A DNA stretch of 64,000 nt. It comes from Octopus vulgaris. Its lineage: Eukaryota. Both the position numbers and the translations under genes were made by a program. Positions within the stretch are counted from its first letter, which is position 1. Each line of letters starts with the position of its first letter. The stretch is taken from the NCBI GenBank assembly GCA_951406725.2, contig OX597820.1:116126001-116190000 (forward strand), given 5' to 3'. Shown in pieces: positions 1 to 13,629 of this stretch. Below the pieces are notes generated by a model. It was not told where the DNA came from, searched no databases, and saw only the letters and a program-made list of their open reading frames with translations.

Positions 1-94
1 GTGGCTTCTTTTGGTGGATTTTGGGAAAATATTGATTGATATTACTTCCTTAACTCCTTGCAGATTTTGAGGTTTAATGTAAGCTTTTGGGTTT

Positions 95-470
95 GTGGTG
101 TTAAATAGAGCACAAGAGGGCCCCTGTGTTATCCACCCACTACAAAAATTGAACTCAAGACATATAACAACATTACGACACTACTACTTTACCTCAATCA
201 GTTCAGCTCTCCTTGATATTATACCAAAATACATCAAAACAGAAACAGGTCCTATAAAATTCAAAAGTTCTCTGGACAAATTTCTCCAAAATATCCCGAA
301 CCAACCTCCTTCATCCGGTTATGTCACCAACAATAATAACTCTTTGCTAGAGTGGGCCATGATGTCCCAGATGTGATTGAGGTGTGAATCACGATCTAAA
401 AGACTTCACCAGGTGGTGCTATTAAGTTTTAGACGTGGCCTGAAACCTGTCTAAGTTATCTAAGCTATCG
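95..470 (+). mobile_element. LINE ORF2 C-terminal/3' UTR fragment (CR1/L2/Jockey-group-like)
   Basis: ORF 95-376 ends ...KFKSSLDKFLQNIPNQP, like the FK..LD.FL motif at the end of LINE ORF2; short (ctaagttat)-type tail at about 450-468. Confidence 0.6.
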
Positions 471-694
471 CATTTTTGCATTCGGCTTGTAAGATTTTTG
501 TGTGTGTGTGTGTGTGTGTACCACCACTTGACAACCGGTGTTGGTTTGTTTACACCCGTAAATTAGCTGTTCGGTTACTGGGGGTGGGGGTCGTTTTATT
601 CAACTACACTCCAATGTGGTGCCCCAGCATGGCCGCAGTCCAATGACTGAAACAAGTAAAAATGTAATTAAAAAAAGAAAGTAAATTGCACATA

Positions 695-1111
695 GGCGCA
701 GGAGTGGCTGTGTGGTAAGTAGCTTGCTAACCAACCACATGGTTCTGGGTTCAGTCCCACTGCGTGGCATCTTGGGCAAGTGTCTTCTGCTATAGCCCCG
801 GGCCGACCAATGCCTTGTGAGTGGATTTAGTAGACGGAAACTGAAAGAAGCCTGTCGTATCTATGTATATATATATATGTGTGTGTATATGTTTGTGTGT
901 CTGTGTTTGTCCCCCTAGCATTGCTTGGCAACCGATGCTGGTGTGTTTACGTCCCCGTTACTTAGCGGTTCGGCAAAAAAAGAGACCGATAGAATAAGTA
1001 CTGGGCTTACAAAAGAATAAGTCCCGGGGTCGATTTGCTCGATTAAAGGCGGTGCTCCAGCATGGCCGCAGTCAAATGACTGAAACAAGTAAAAGAGTTA
1101 AGAGTAAGAGT
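695..1111 (+). mobile_element. tRNA-derived SINE, family A (full length)
   Basis: Pol III A box TGGCTGTGTGG, B box GGTTCAGTCCC, internal (TA)/(TG) microsatellite, (AAGAGTA)n tail; more than 12 near-identical copies in the window. Confidence 0.9.
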
Positions 1112-1724
1112 ATATATATATATATATATATGTGTATCTTGCAATTTCCCTATCCATATTCAACATGTAGAATTCTTTTCCTTTTGGGTTAAAATGTTTT
1201 GAAACGTATCGTTACGACTCTCTCTCCCCTTATTCTCCCACTCCCCCTCCTCCTCCTCTTGTCGTTTTTTGTCTCTTAACGTCGCCTCCTCCCCACTCGA
1301 CTCTTGTCTTCTCTTTCATGCTGTCCTTGTTTTGTTCTCTTTTACTACTTGACTGACAACTTAATGTCTCCCACCTCATTCCCTCTCATTTCTGCCTAAC
1401 AATAACAAGCCCTGATCTTTCCCATTCCCTCTGGCTTTGTTGAGGTTTATTGTCTTCGTTTCTTTCACTTTTACCTCGCGCCATTTCTTGCCTTCGTTTC
1501 AAAATTATTAAAAGAAAAAAGAAAAGAAATATACGAAGAAGGAATTCTACCACCATCTCTTTAAACAACTGTCTCTCTTAGGTTTTGCCCCACTACATAT
1601 ATATTGTTACGTCTATATATACATTATTGTTGTATTGTTTGGATGTGTACTATGTGTTATGTGAGTGTATATATGTACTGTGTATGTGTGTGTGTGTGTA
1701 TTATTTAGTCTCAAATCAATACTG

Positions 1725-1930
1725 ATCGAGTAAGCGTAGCCGTATTTCGTTTACCGCTACGTTCTGAGTTCAAATCCCGCCGACGACGATTTTGCCTTTC
1801 ATCCTTTCGGGGTCGATAAATTAAGTACCAGTTACGCACTGGAGTCGATGTAATCGACTTAGTCCGTTTGTCTGTCCTAGTTTGTACCCTCTGTGTCTGG
1901 CCCCTTGTGAGTAATAGAGAAACAAATAGT
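1725..1930 (+). mobile_element. SINE family B (5'-truncated)
   Basis: B-box-like GAGTTCAAATCCC, then core TTTGCCTTTCATCCTTTCGGGGTCGATAAATTAAGTACCAG shared by many copies. Confidence 0.75.
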
Positions 1931-2403
1931 GGTCGAGTAAACCGGTGACCAAAAGCGTTCCAGATGTGGCCATTTCGTTTTTTTCTCTTTTGTGTCTATA
2001 TCGCCTTTTCTATGACTGTGGGTGATAATTCGAAAGATTTGGCTGCCATTTCTAGCATGTGGAGCAACCATATAAAACTTCATCTATACTTGTTCTGGTT
2101 TGGCCCAAACAGTTTGAGATTATGATGACTTCAAAAATAGAATAAAGATTTCAATTTCCTCTCTTCTTTTTGTCTCTATGCCTACCGCTTTCTGGTTTTG
2201 TTTTCAAACTATCAACTAACAGTGCTCAGTAGTGACTGCTTTGCTAAACAACTTACATATGTATTAATCATACCAGAGATTAAAAACATATTTTAGTCTC
2301 TTAACACTAATTAAAATTTTATTTTTTTGTGAAATATTTTAGATGGAAATGCACTTTGAAAAGCTTTGTAAAATGAAGAAAAAGTTTAATAAAATAAATA
2401 TAT

Positions 2404-2762
2404 AGGCACAGGAGTGGCTGTGTGGTAAGTAGCTTGCTTACCAACCACATGGTTCCAGGTTCAGTCCCACTGCGTGGCACCTCAGGCAAGTGTCTTCTAC
2501 TATAGCGTCGGGCCAACCAAAACCTTGTGAGTGGATTTGGTAGACGGAAACTGAAAGAAGCCCATCATATATATGTATGTATGTATGTGTGTTTGTCCTC
2601 CAACCGCTTGACAACCGATGCTGGTGTGTTTACATCCCCATAATCTAGCAGTTTGGCAAAGATAAATTAAGTACTAGGCTTACAAAGAATAAGTCCTCGG
2701 GTTGATTTCTTCGACTAAAGGCAGCATGGCAGCAGTCAAATGACTGAAACAAGTAAAAGAGT
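2404..2762 (+). mobile_element. SINE family A
   Basis: Same head, body and tail as 695-1111 with an internal deletion. Confidence 0.85.
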
Positions 2763-2892
2763 ATATAATGAATTAATTTTTGAATGTGTTTAAATTGGAG
2801 TAGTAGAAAATAAAAATAAAATTGTAGTACAAAAACAGGATCATAGTATTTTAAAGTAAACACATAAGACTTCATGTAAATTTTTTTATATA

Positions 2893-3300
2893 TTCTTTTA
2901 CTCTTTTACTTGTTTCAGTCATTTGACTGCGGCCATGCTGGAGCACTGCCTTTAGTCGAGCAAATCGACCCCGGGACTTATTCTTTGTAAGCCCAGTACT
3001 TATTCTATCGGTCTCTTTTGCCGATCCGCTAAGTGAAGGGGACGTAAACACACCAGCATCGGTTGTCAAGCAATGCTAGGGGGACAAACACAGACACACA
3101 AACATATACACACGCATACATATACATATATATATACATAGATACGACAGGCTTCTTTCAGTTTCCGTCTACCAAATCCACTCACAAGGCATTGGTCGGC
3201 CCGAGGCTATAGCAGAAGACACTTGCCCAAGATGCCACGCAGTGGGTCTGAACCCGGAACCATGTGGTTGGTTGGCAAGCTACTTACCACACAGCCACTC
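2893..3300 (-). mobile_element. SINE family A
   Basis: Reverse complement of 695-1111. Confidence 0.9.
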
Positions 3301-3384
3301 ATATGTGCAGTGTAAAAAAAAAATCCAGATACATGTATGATATCAGAAAAATATTAAAAAATCTATAATGGTGTCTTTAACTGG

Positions 3385-3760
3385 CTTAATTAAATTCAGA
3401 ATTGAGTTTTTTAACATGATGGGTCCACTTCTTTCTGCAATGTAGGACACTTTGACTCATCATTGAAATTTATCTTTGTTATGTCTTTTCTATAAGTATT
3501 TCCATGGTCATTGCTCTGATGAACTTTCTGGTCTAGAAAACCTTGTCAAGACCTTTAAATGTGTCAGCGCTTCTCTGCTTGTTTCTCTGTTGATCTTCCT
3601 GTTACTCATCTCCAGTCTTTTTTATTCTAACGACCTCTTTTCTCAAACTGCTGCTCTCTGGAACTCATTACTATCATCTTGTTTTCGTCTGGTCTCTAGT
3701 ATCCAGTCTTTTAAGCTTTCTGTCAATTGACATCCTTTGAATTTATGGGTGCCTTCTTTT
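3385..3760 (+). mobile_element. LINE 3' fragment (L2/Crack/CR1-group-like)
   Basis: LFYKYFHGHCSDELSGL...TAALWNSL...IQSFKLSVN; second copy at 7440-7930 on the opposite strand. Confidence 0.65.
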
Positions 3761-4482
3761 TTTCTTCTTTGTTGTCCTTTATGCTGCAGTGACCTCAAAA
3801 CCTGTTTGGGACAAAACTATAAAAAAGAAAAAAAAAAATCTAACATAGAGGATAGCAAATTTTTAGAGAAGGATACAGTTGATCACTTTAATCTCTAAAC
3901 TTGAATAATAGTTATTTGACTAACACTTGAAGACTGAAAAACAAGATTTGAACTCAGATTGTAAAGAGACGTAAGTAAATACCACAAGGCATTTTTGTCT
4001 ATGACTGTACTGGCTCTATCTTTAAAATAACAACAACAATATTTATAACCCTTTCTATTATAGGTACAAGACCCGAAATTTGGGGGTAAGGGCTACATGG
4101 AATCCCAGTACACGACTGATACTCATTTTATCAACTCTGAATGGACGGAAGGCAATGTTGACCTCAGCAGAATTTGAACTCTGCATGGATGAAATGGCAC
4201 CAAGCGTTTTGTCTGGCATGCTAACGATTCTGCCAGCTTGCCACCTTAATAGTTTTTTCTGCTATAGGCACGAAGCCTCACATTTTGGGGTAAGGGAGTA
4301 GTCGGTTACATTGACCCCAGGACTCAACTGGTACATATTTTATCAACCCTGGAAAGATGAGAGGCAGAATTTGATCTCAGAACTTGCAGATGAAATGCCT
4401 CTAAGCATTTTGCTCAACATGCTAATGATTCTTCCAGCTCGCTACCCATTGCCACCTTGATAATAACAATGGATTCAAATTT

Positions 4483-4660
4483 TCGTTTAACGTCCGCTTT
4501 CCATGCTAGCATGTGTTGGATGATTTTGACTGAGGACTGGCGAACCAGATGGCTGCACCAGGCTCCAATCTTGATCTGGCAGAGTTTCTACAGCTGGATG
4601 CCCTTCCTAACGCCAACCACTCTGAGAGTGTAGTGGGTGCTTTTTACGTGCTACCTGCAC
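4483..4660 (-). mobile_element. Short retroposon family C (GGCGTTAGGAAGGGCATCCAGC core)
   Basis: Matches the family C copies at 21155, 28193, 29930, 41268 and 42426. Confidence 0.75.
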
Positions 4661-5265
4661 GTAAAATGCTATTATTTCCAACTTTGTTGACTTCAAGTTC
4701 TACAGTTAACAAATTACTTAACATTTCTTGAAATTTTTAAATTCTTATGATGCAATAGCAAAAAGTAATTAGAGAGTGACAAACCTTTGTGGTTCCCAGT
4801 GTATTAGTACCTAAAATGAGAAGTGAATTGATAAAGTACTCACGAGGATTACTCTTTCATTAGACACATGACGCAGTTTTATCTAATCTGTTATCTTATT
4901 AGTTAGATTTGTTTCATTGTTAATAGATCAACAGGACAAGTGTTTATAGAAATACTATTAAAGCTTCCACTAGTAATAATGATTTCTTTTGCCTTGACAT
5001 CAATTATTTTCTTTGTGTTAGAGGAACAGTCATAGATGATTGATTCGTTTCCTACTCGTTACAAAATTGTTTGAAAAGCAAGAGATTAATGAGTGCACAA
5101 GATCCTGAATGTTGATTCCTGATTGGGAGTCTTAAACTCTCTTCAAGCCCAATATGTAGTGTTGTTTTGATGGTAACAGTGATGAAATTTAATTATACTT
5201 TACACTGCACAACATATTATATAGACACTAGTAGAAACACTGCCCTTCAAGTGGTTTTTTTGTTA

Positions 5266-5828
5266 TACGAGGGTGAGTCAAAAAGTAAAGCCGTTTTGTT
5301 TAGGACAGGTATAATTATTACCAACACAGGGACATGTATCATACACCAAAATAAAGCTGGTCCTCTGTGGATCACATCCCTACTTCTCAACATAGTCACC
5401 ATTTCTCTCAATAGCAATGTTCCACCTTCGAATGAGAGCATGTATCCCTGCCCCGTAAAATTCTGTTGACTGTTCTTTGAGCCACTTCTTCACTACCTCC
5501 ACACTCACCAGATTTAGTGCCTTCAGACTATCATCTCTTCACCACCACAAAAGAGGGTTTGAGAGGCAAACATTATTCCAGTAACGAGGGAGTGAAAACT
5601 CTAGTGAAGAAGTGGCTCAAAGAACAGTCAACAGAATTTTACGGGGCAGGGATACATGCTCTCATTCGAAGGTGGAACATTGCTATTGAGAGAAACGGTG
5701 ACTATGTAGAGAAGTAGGGATGTGATCCACAGAGGACCAGCTTCACTTTGATGTAGGATACATGTTCCTGTGTTGGTAATTATACCCGTCCTAAACAAAA
5801 TGTCATTACTTTTTGACTCACTCCCATA
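5266..5828. mobile_element. Mariner-derived fold-back MITE
   Basis: TIR TACGAGGGTGAGTCAAAAAGTAA next to TA; arms about 5266-5490 and 5605-5828 are inverted copies; centre encodes HSPDLVPSDYHLF...WLKEQSTEFYGAGIHALIRRWNIAIERNGDYVEK, the mariner transposase C-terminus (YSPDLAPSDYHLF motif). Confidence 0.9.
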
Positions 5829-6722
5829 ATATATTGAATTGAAAAATTCTGATGTGGAAACAAATAACATGGTATGTATGTTGTGTTATTGTATTGTAAT
5901 CAATATGTTAAACAAAATAGATGTTTACAATAAACACAAAGTTGATGATGTTGGCAGAGAAATTACCGAAGGCTTTTGTTATTCAGAGGACCATGTTTTA
6001 CACATTTGTTTATAACTTTAAATACAAAAAATTCTATAATTTTGATTTGATAAATACATAGAGAATAAAAATTTTCACAAATATTCTCAAAGTAAAAGTT
6101 ACATACTCATAACTAATTAATAAGCAGCTTTCTTTGTTATAGTAGAGGTAAAATTTTAAATATAAGTATTTCCATTAATTTCTTTTTAATGATTTTAAAA
6201 TTATATTGACAAAACTAAGAGGTTTGTTTTGGGAAGAGAGTGAAGTTGAAATCTTAATTTAAACTTTACTTGAATTAAATATATATAAAACATTCAAAAC
6301 CTTGTGAGTGGATTTGGTAGACAGAAACTGAAAAGAAGCTTGTCATGTGTGTGTGTGTTTTCCTTCTATTGCTTAATTACAAGTGTTGGTTTGTTTACAT
6401 CCCAGTAATTTAGTGGATCAGCAAAAGAGACTGTCAGAACATGAGGCTTAAAAACTAAGCATTAGGTTTGGTTTGTTTGACTAAAACTCTTCAAAGCCAT
6501 GTCCTGTAATGGTTGTAGTCTAATGGCTGAAACAAGTAAAAGTTAAAAATCATAAAACAACTGCTTTGGCAACATTTTTACCTTAGGAGTTTATAGTTTT
6601 TGCCTTACCTTGATGACAAAAACCTTTCACCAAATCACATTGGAAACTAATTTTTCTTAATTTCATCCTTATTGTATAAATGTCTAAATACATCATCACA
6701 TTTCATTTAGCTTCAGATAGAC

Positions 6723-6724
<2 letters not shown>

Positions 6725-6795
<71 letters not shown>
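6725..6795. repeat. (TA)n microsatellite
   Basis: Direct reading. Confidence 0.95.
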
Positions 6796-6797
<2 letters not shown>

Positions 6798-6879
6798 ATA
6801 TAATTAAAATGAAAAAAAAAACGACAATGGTACATTCAAAGTATTAATGAGACGCTCAGAGAAGAAAAGAAAGAGTGGT

Positions 6880-6916
6880 TGTTTTACGTTTTGAGCAATA
6901 CACTCCTTTAGAAACA
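6880..6916 (-). ncRNA. Degenerate minimal hammerhead ribozyme relic
   Basis: Minus strand TGTTT CTAAAG GAGT-gtatt-GCTC AAAA CG TA AAACA: stems I and II pair, but the CUGANGA and GAAA cores are mutated. Confidence 0.4.
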
Positions 6917-7439
6917 GGAGACATAGAAAAGTCTAAAAGAAAAGGAAGAAGGAGGACAAAAAAATCACCAACAGTCCACATGTTACATTTAGGAATGACT
7001 GGAAGTAGATGGACAAAGAGAAAGTGCTTCCTGGGACAGGGGAGTGTGAAGAATGGTTGGTATCTGTGTGTATGTGTGGAGGTGTGTGTGTATAAGGTAG
7101 TATGTGTGTGTGTGACAGTAACTGAGTGCGTGTGGTAGCATGTGTGTGCGTGGTGGTAACTGTGTGTGTGTGGTATTAACTGTTTACATGTGTTTATGTG
7201 AGTGATCTGTGTGTTCTGTTAATGTCATAGTGAGAGGTCAGCAGCTATGGTGACAGGTGTATGTATGGGTGGCTGTGTGTTTTTGCACATTTGCGTAGAT
7301 GGGATGGTCAGTACTAGTTGGGGCAGTAGAAGGGTGTTTGAGAGACAGTCTGAAGGGTGTGTGTAGATTTTTTCCTAAACAAAGCTAGAGGCTACTGATG
7401 TGTAAAGGACTAGGAAGAGGGAAAAGAAGAGGTCTATTA

Positions 7440-7930
7440 ATTCATAAGACATCAACTGAGAGACAGCTTAAAGGACTGGAATATTAGAGAGCAGAGGAAA
7501 AGAAGATGATAGTAATGAGTTCCAAAGAGCAGAAGTTTGAGGAAAGAAGTTGTTAGAATAAACGGATATATGACTAACAGGAAGATCAACAGAGAAATGA
7601 TGCACCTGGGAAGAGAAGTGGGTAATGCATTTAAAAGTTTCAACCGAAGGAATTAGTCCAGAAAGTTCATCAGAGCAATGACCATGGAAATCCTTAGAGC
7701 AAAGACACAACAATGATACATTTCAGTAATGAGTCAAAGGGTCCAACATTGTAGAAAGAAGAGGACCCATCATGTTAAAAATTTGAATCTGAATTTTATC
7801 AAACCAGTTAAGGTAATCTGAGTGGGCACCAGTCCAAAGATGTCAGCAATATTCTATGCAAGGTCAAATGGTGGCCTTATAGAGATAAAAGATACTCCCA
7901 GGTGAAAGAAATTTGCAATCACATAAGAGT
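7440..7930 (-). mobile_element. LINE 3' fragment, same family as 3385-3760
   Basis: DFHGHCSDELSGLIP...TSALWNSL in ORF 7468-7713. Confidence 0.65.
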
Positions 7931-9035
7931 GATCCAATCTACTTGGCAGGTAATATGGTAATTAATTGAATAATTAGCACAATAAATTACATTCTTTGAT
8001 GCTTGTTGTCATGTTCTATTAACCTTAGTTCCTGGTTATCAAAGTAAACACTGTGTTTTGTACAAAGGGGACTGTTTATATAGCATTGACACCTTAATCA
8101 GTAAATATGGGACTCAAGTAAAGCAGGCCTTAGAAAAATTTAAGAAACAACTCAAAACCACAATGGTTCAGTCCCTGACCATGTGATCTTATTTACTTGG
8201 ATTTTAACCCCAAACAGCCGTCAGAACAAAACTGAGTTTATTTACCTTAATAAATTATGTTGTGTAGGGTAATGTATAATTGGTATTTTGGAGGCTAATG
8301 AGTTAATGTAGTTTTATCATTTAAGTTTTGTGTTATCCAGTTTATGATTTTTGCTCAACTTCAAGTCAATGACCTTTGTTGTGTATATGCACTTGGACTT
8401 GATGCAACCAGAATCAATATGCTTTAGAATTGTTTTCAGCAAACACACACACACTCTCTCAGATGTATGTACATGTGTGTATGTGCATGTGCGTGCATGT
8501 CTGAATCTGTTTTGTCTGGCAGATATACGAATAAAATATAAGACTTTATTTTTTATCAAGACTTAAATAAAATTGAAATAGAGCCATATAGATAATCAAT
8601 TTAAATTATTATTATTTTTTTTACTTCAAAAGTAAGTTTAAGATAAAAAAAAAATTATGTTACAGAAATAGAAATGATTAAAATATATATATATATATAC
8701 ATATATACTTTATATTGTAGGCTTCAGATTTTCTCTAATTCCAAAGATCTTTAAATAGCCAAGGTAAGTTTAAATTTAAAATTAGTTCTCTTAATTTCTT
8801 GCAGTATTTTTTGATTTTAATCTTACTCTGTATTATTGTTTTCTTGCTTCTTGTTTGCCCCACTGTTAAGTCTGGTTGAGTTGTTAAGATTGTTGGACCT
8901 GTGAACTGATGGCAGTTCATGTATAACCAATACACAAGTTAACTGTAGAGGCCTATATGTTGCTATTTGAGCTCAAACCACACCTGCCATCTTTGAAAAG
9001 GAAAGACATGTTGGACAATTTAGTCCTCGATATAT

Positions 9036-9440
9036 ACTCTTTACTCTTTACTCTTTTACTTGTTTCAGTCATTTGACTGCGACCATGCTGGAGCACCGCC
9101 TTTAATCGAGCAACTCGACCCCGGGACTTATTCTTTTTGTAAGCCCAGTACTTATTCTATCGGTCTCTTTTGCCGAACCGCTAAGTAACGGGGACATAAA
9201 CACACCAGCATCGGTTGTCAAGCAATGCTAGAGGGACAGACACAGACACACACACATACATATATATACATATATACGACAGGCTTCTTACAGTTTCCGT
9301 CTACCAAATCCACTCACAAGGCTCTTGTTGGCCCGAAGCTATAGTAGAAGACATTTGCCCAAGATGCCATGAAGTGGGACTGAACCCGGAACCATGTGGT
9401 TGGTTAGCAAGCTACTTACCACACAGCCACTCCTGTGCCT
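9036..9440 (-). mobile_element. SINE family A
   Basis: Full-length reverse copy. Confidence 0.9.
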
Positions 9441-9852
9441 AACGTTTACTATTCAGACAGAATTTGTTGGAACAGATTTCCTATGGCTGGATGCCCTTCC
9501 TGTCGCCAACCTTTACCTGTTTCCAAGCAAAGTAATATTTCTTATGGCCAGACATGTTTTTCATGAAACACTGGAAACAAACAACACTGCTTGATGATGT
9601 TTATTTACAGCCATCACATAATATCAAAACAAAGGTGCATACACACAGACACACACACACAAGCACCTCATGTGCACGCATGCACACGCATACATGATGA
9701 GCCTCTTTCAGTTTTTATCAACCAACTTTATTCACAAAGTTTTGGTCAACCTGGTGCTGTCATAGAATACACTTACCCAAGGTGCTGTGCAGTGGGACTG
9801 AACCCAAGATCACACAATTGGGTAACAAGCTTCTCAACCACACAGCCATGCC

Positions 9853-10057
9853 TACTCTTTACTCTTTTTACTCTTTTACTTGTTTCAGTCATTTGACTGC
9901 AGCCATGCTGGAGCACCGCCTTTAGTCGAGCAAATCGACCCCGGGACTTATTCTTTGTAAGCCCAGTGCTTATTCTATCGGTCTCTTTGTAACAGGGACG
10001 TAAACACACCAGCATCGGTTGTCAAGCAATGCTAGGGGGGCAAACACAGACACATAA

Positions 10058-10094
<37 letters not shown>

Positions 10095-10252
10095 CGGCAG
10101 GCTTCTTTCAGTTTCCGTCTACCAAATCCACTCACAAGGCATTGGTCGGCCCAGGGCTATAGCAAAAGACACTTGCCCAAGATGCCACACAGTGGGACTG
10201 AACCCGAAACCATGTAGTTGGTAAGCAAGCTACTTACCACACAGCCACTCCT
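9853..10252 (-). mobile_element. SINE family A
   Basis: Near full-length reverse copy. Confidence 0.9.
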
Positions 10253-10761
10253 ACACCCACTTTATTAATACAGCTTCCTACGATAAGAACTGTTAAAATT
10301 AACGAGTATTTCGTTAGTTTATATCACAAGGTTCAAGTCTTACTTTATCCCCCCCCTCCCGCAGGAATCCATTTTGGTGTGTTCCGTCACCGAACATTCT
10401 ATGGAGATATTCTGTTCAAAGGCTGGCTCTCTTCCGCGTGCATCATTAACAAACCAAATATTGTATCATTGTTTTATATACTATTCAAGGTGTGTGTGGA
10501 TGTTCAGGAATTGTTCTCAAAGCTTCTACTGATTCCCTGATATGATGAAATCAATATAGTTCATATTTTTCATTTGTTGAAAGTCATTAAGAGATGATTA
10601 CTGGAAATATATAATTAAGGAGGAGTTGCAAAGAAAATTGGCCGTGTCATAGAAAGTTTCCCTCTTTTATAATCTCTCTCTCTCTCTCACACACACACAT
10701 ACATGTGTATTTGTGTGTGCGTGTACATGCATATATATATTATATATATATATATATATAT

Positions 10762-11101
10762 ACATGGTTCCGGGTTCAGTCCCACTGCGTGGCATCTTGG
10801 GCAAGTGTCTTCTGCTATAGCCCTGGGCCGACCAATGCCTTGTGAGTGGATTTGGTAGATGGAAACTGAAAGAAGCCTGTCATATATATGTATATGTATG
10901 TGTGTGTTTGTGTTTGTCTCCCTGGCATTGCTTGACAACCGATGCTGGTGTGTTTACGTCCCCGTCACTTAGCGGTTCGGCAAAAGAGACCGATAGAATA
11001 AGTACTGGGCTTACAAAGAATAAGTCCCAGGGTCGAATTGCTCGACTAAAGGCGGTGCTCCAGCATGGCCGCAGTCAAATGACTGAAACAAGTAAAAGAG
11101 A
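10762..11101 (+). mobile_element. SINE family A (5'-truncated)
   Basis: Starts at the B box; full tail present. Confidence 0.85.
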
Positions 11102-11586
11102 AAAAGAGAGAAAGAAAATATTTATATATACTTTTGCCAAATCATGATGGACCAAATATCTTATATCAATATCTAATATCAACATCTAATTTTCAATATC
11201 TAACATCAATATCTCATTCACTTGGCCATTGCTACATGGATGTACACACACACACACACACACACACATTCTTATTGGCTTTTCTGCCCCTTTTCTCCAT
11301 CCTGGCGTCGTTGGGGAAGAGTTTACAATACATCTGCCTTCATTGAACCTCAGTCCTGCTTCATATCTTCTGACTGCTTTTTTTCTGGAATTGTCTTTGA
11401 TCTGCCTTGACTTTGGATCTTTAGCTAATAATTATAATGAGCTTAATTTTATAATTATGATGGATATGATATAAAAAATTTTTTAAAAAACCTTTTGAAA
11501 TGAATTTCATTTTCAGATTTTCTGCTTTGATATCATTCTCTGAAAACAGTTGATTTATTGATTTGAAATCTGAAATTTTAAAAAAA

Positions 11587-11587
<1 letters not shown>

Positions 11588-11623
<36 letters not shown>

Positions 11624-11704
11624 CTATTTAAGAAAAAGGTAAAAAAGCAATAACTCCAGTCAATGTTCCTCCTGTGTCATTATTATTATTATTATTATTA
11701 TTAA

Positions 11705-11759
<55 letters not shown>

Positions 11760-11822
11760 ATTATTATTATTATTATTATTATCATCTTATTATTATTATT
11801 ATCATTATTATTATTATTATTA
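11588..11822. repeat. (AAT)n and (ATT)n microsatellites
   Basis: Direct reading. Confidence 0.9.
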
Positions 11823-12599
11823 AAAAGGTAGTAAGCTGGCAGAATCATTGGCATGCCAGGCAAAATGCTTACCAGCATTACATTCTGAGTTCAAATTCTG
11901 CTGAGGTCAACTTTGCCTTTCATCCTTTCAAAGTCAATAAAATAGGTACCATTTGCATACTGGGGGTTGATGTAACCGATTATGTCTCTCCCCACAAATT
12001 TCAGGCCTTGTGCTTATAACAGAAAGGATTATTATTATTATTATTATTATTAGTAGTAGTAGTAGTAGTATCCTGATGCTCACGCCCTCCTACTCCCTTC
12101 AGCACCCCTCTACCTCCTTTAGCTCAACCATCAATGTTAATCCTCTGCCCCTTACCCATCACTCCCGTCATCCACCCTTCAGCCTTACCCAATCTTTACA
12201 GTTTTTGCCTACCTCCTCTCTTCCATTTCCCCATCTCTCACTCCTCCCTATATCCTTTGCAACCACCCCCGACTTACCCACACTCATCTTGTACTTTGGG
12301 AAGTCACCTGGATGCCTCATCACCCTGATTTATGTTTATCTTTTTGCAGCCCCTACTCTGCATTCTCATCCTCATTTCTAAATTTGAGTAGCCATGTGTC
12401 TCCTCAACAACAAGACCCTGCTTACCCACCCACCTCCTCACCCGCAGCCTTTAATCCTTCATTTCCGTGCATAAAGCTGTCTACCACCACCATCACCACC
12501 AACACCTTATGGCAACCCCACTAGTGCAAGTGATATATATAAAAAAAAAAAAGCACCCAGTACATTCTGTAAAGTGGTTGGCATTAAGAAAGGCATCAT

Positions 12600-13125
12600 C
12601 ACCATCATCATCATTGTTTAACGTCTGCTTTCCATGCTGGCATGGGTTGGACAGTTTGGCTGAAAAGCGCTAAGCCGGGGGACTTCACCAGGTTCTGATC
12701 TGATTTCGCAAGTTTTCTACGGTTGGATGCTCTTCCTAATGCCAACCACTCCAAGAGCGTAGTGGGTGTCTTTTACGCGCCACTGGCACAGGGGCCAATC
12801 ACCTGACACTGGCATTGGCCATGACTACAGTCTCAACTTGGCTTGACAGGTCAACACAAGCACAGCACATCGCCAAAGAGCTTAGTAACCTGTCACTGCC
12901 TCCATGAAGCCCAATGCTTGAACGCTGCTTTTTACATGCAACCGGCACAGGTGCCAGTCAGACCGCACCGGCATCAACCACAATTACGATTTCCCTCAGT
13001 TCGACAGGTTTCCTCAAGCACAGATTATTGCCCAGTGATTGAAGGGTGCTTTCAACGGGCCAGTTATGCGACACTTGCATCAGCCGCAACTATGATCTCA
13101 CTTGGCTTGATGCTCTCACTTAAGC
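12600..13125 (-). mobile_element. Short retroposon family C with long 5' extension
   Basis: (CAT)n tail, family C core, repeated GCTTTTTACGTGCCAC-like motifs; similar extension at 22525-22965. Confidence 0.7.
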
Positions 13126-13249
13126 CATAAAAAAAAACAAAAAATACCATGTCAAATGCATTCTTTGGATCCATTGAATCCTATCAAACCATCCAACACC
13201 AAACCATCCAGCATAGAAAACAAATGTTAGATGATGATGAAACAACTCT

Positions 13250-13629
13250 CTCTTTTACTCTTCTACTTGTTTCAGTCATTTGACTGTGGCCATGCTGGAG
13301 CACCGCCATTAGTCGAGCAAATCAACCCCGGGACTTATTCTTCGGAAGCCCAGTACTTATTCTATCGGTATCTGTTGCCGAACCGCTAAGTGACGGGGAC
13401 ATAAACACACCAGCATCGGTTGTCAAGCAATGCTAGGGGGACAAACACAGACACACAAGCACACATATATATACATATATACGACATGCTTCTTTCAGTT
13501 TCCGTCTACCAAATCCACTCACAAGGCATTGGTTGGCCCGGGGCTATAGCAGAAGACACTTACCCAAGATGCCACGCAGTGGGACTGAACCCGGAACCAT
13601 GTGGTTGGTAAGCAAGCTACTTACCACAC
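13250..13629 (-). mobile_element. SINE family A
   Basis: Reverse copy lacking the extreme 5' end. Confidence 0.85.

Noticed and set aside
695-770. tRNA genes
   Set aside because: The A/B boxes belong to SINE heads; no cloverleaf and no oligo-T terminator.
1165-1555. Old inverted repeat with GAAACGTA as a hammerhead element
   Set aside because: Arms are too decayed and no core or stem I could be assigned.
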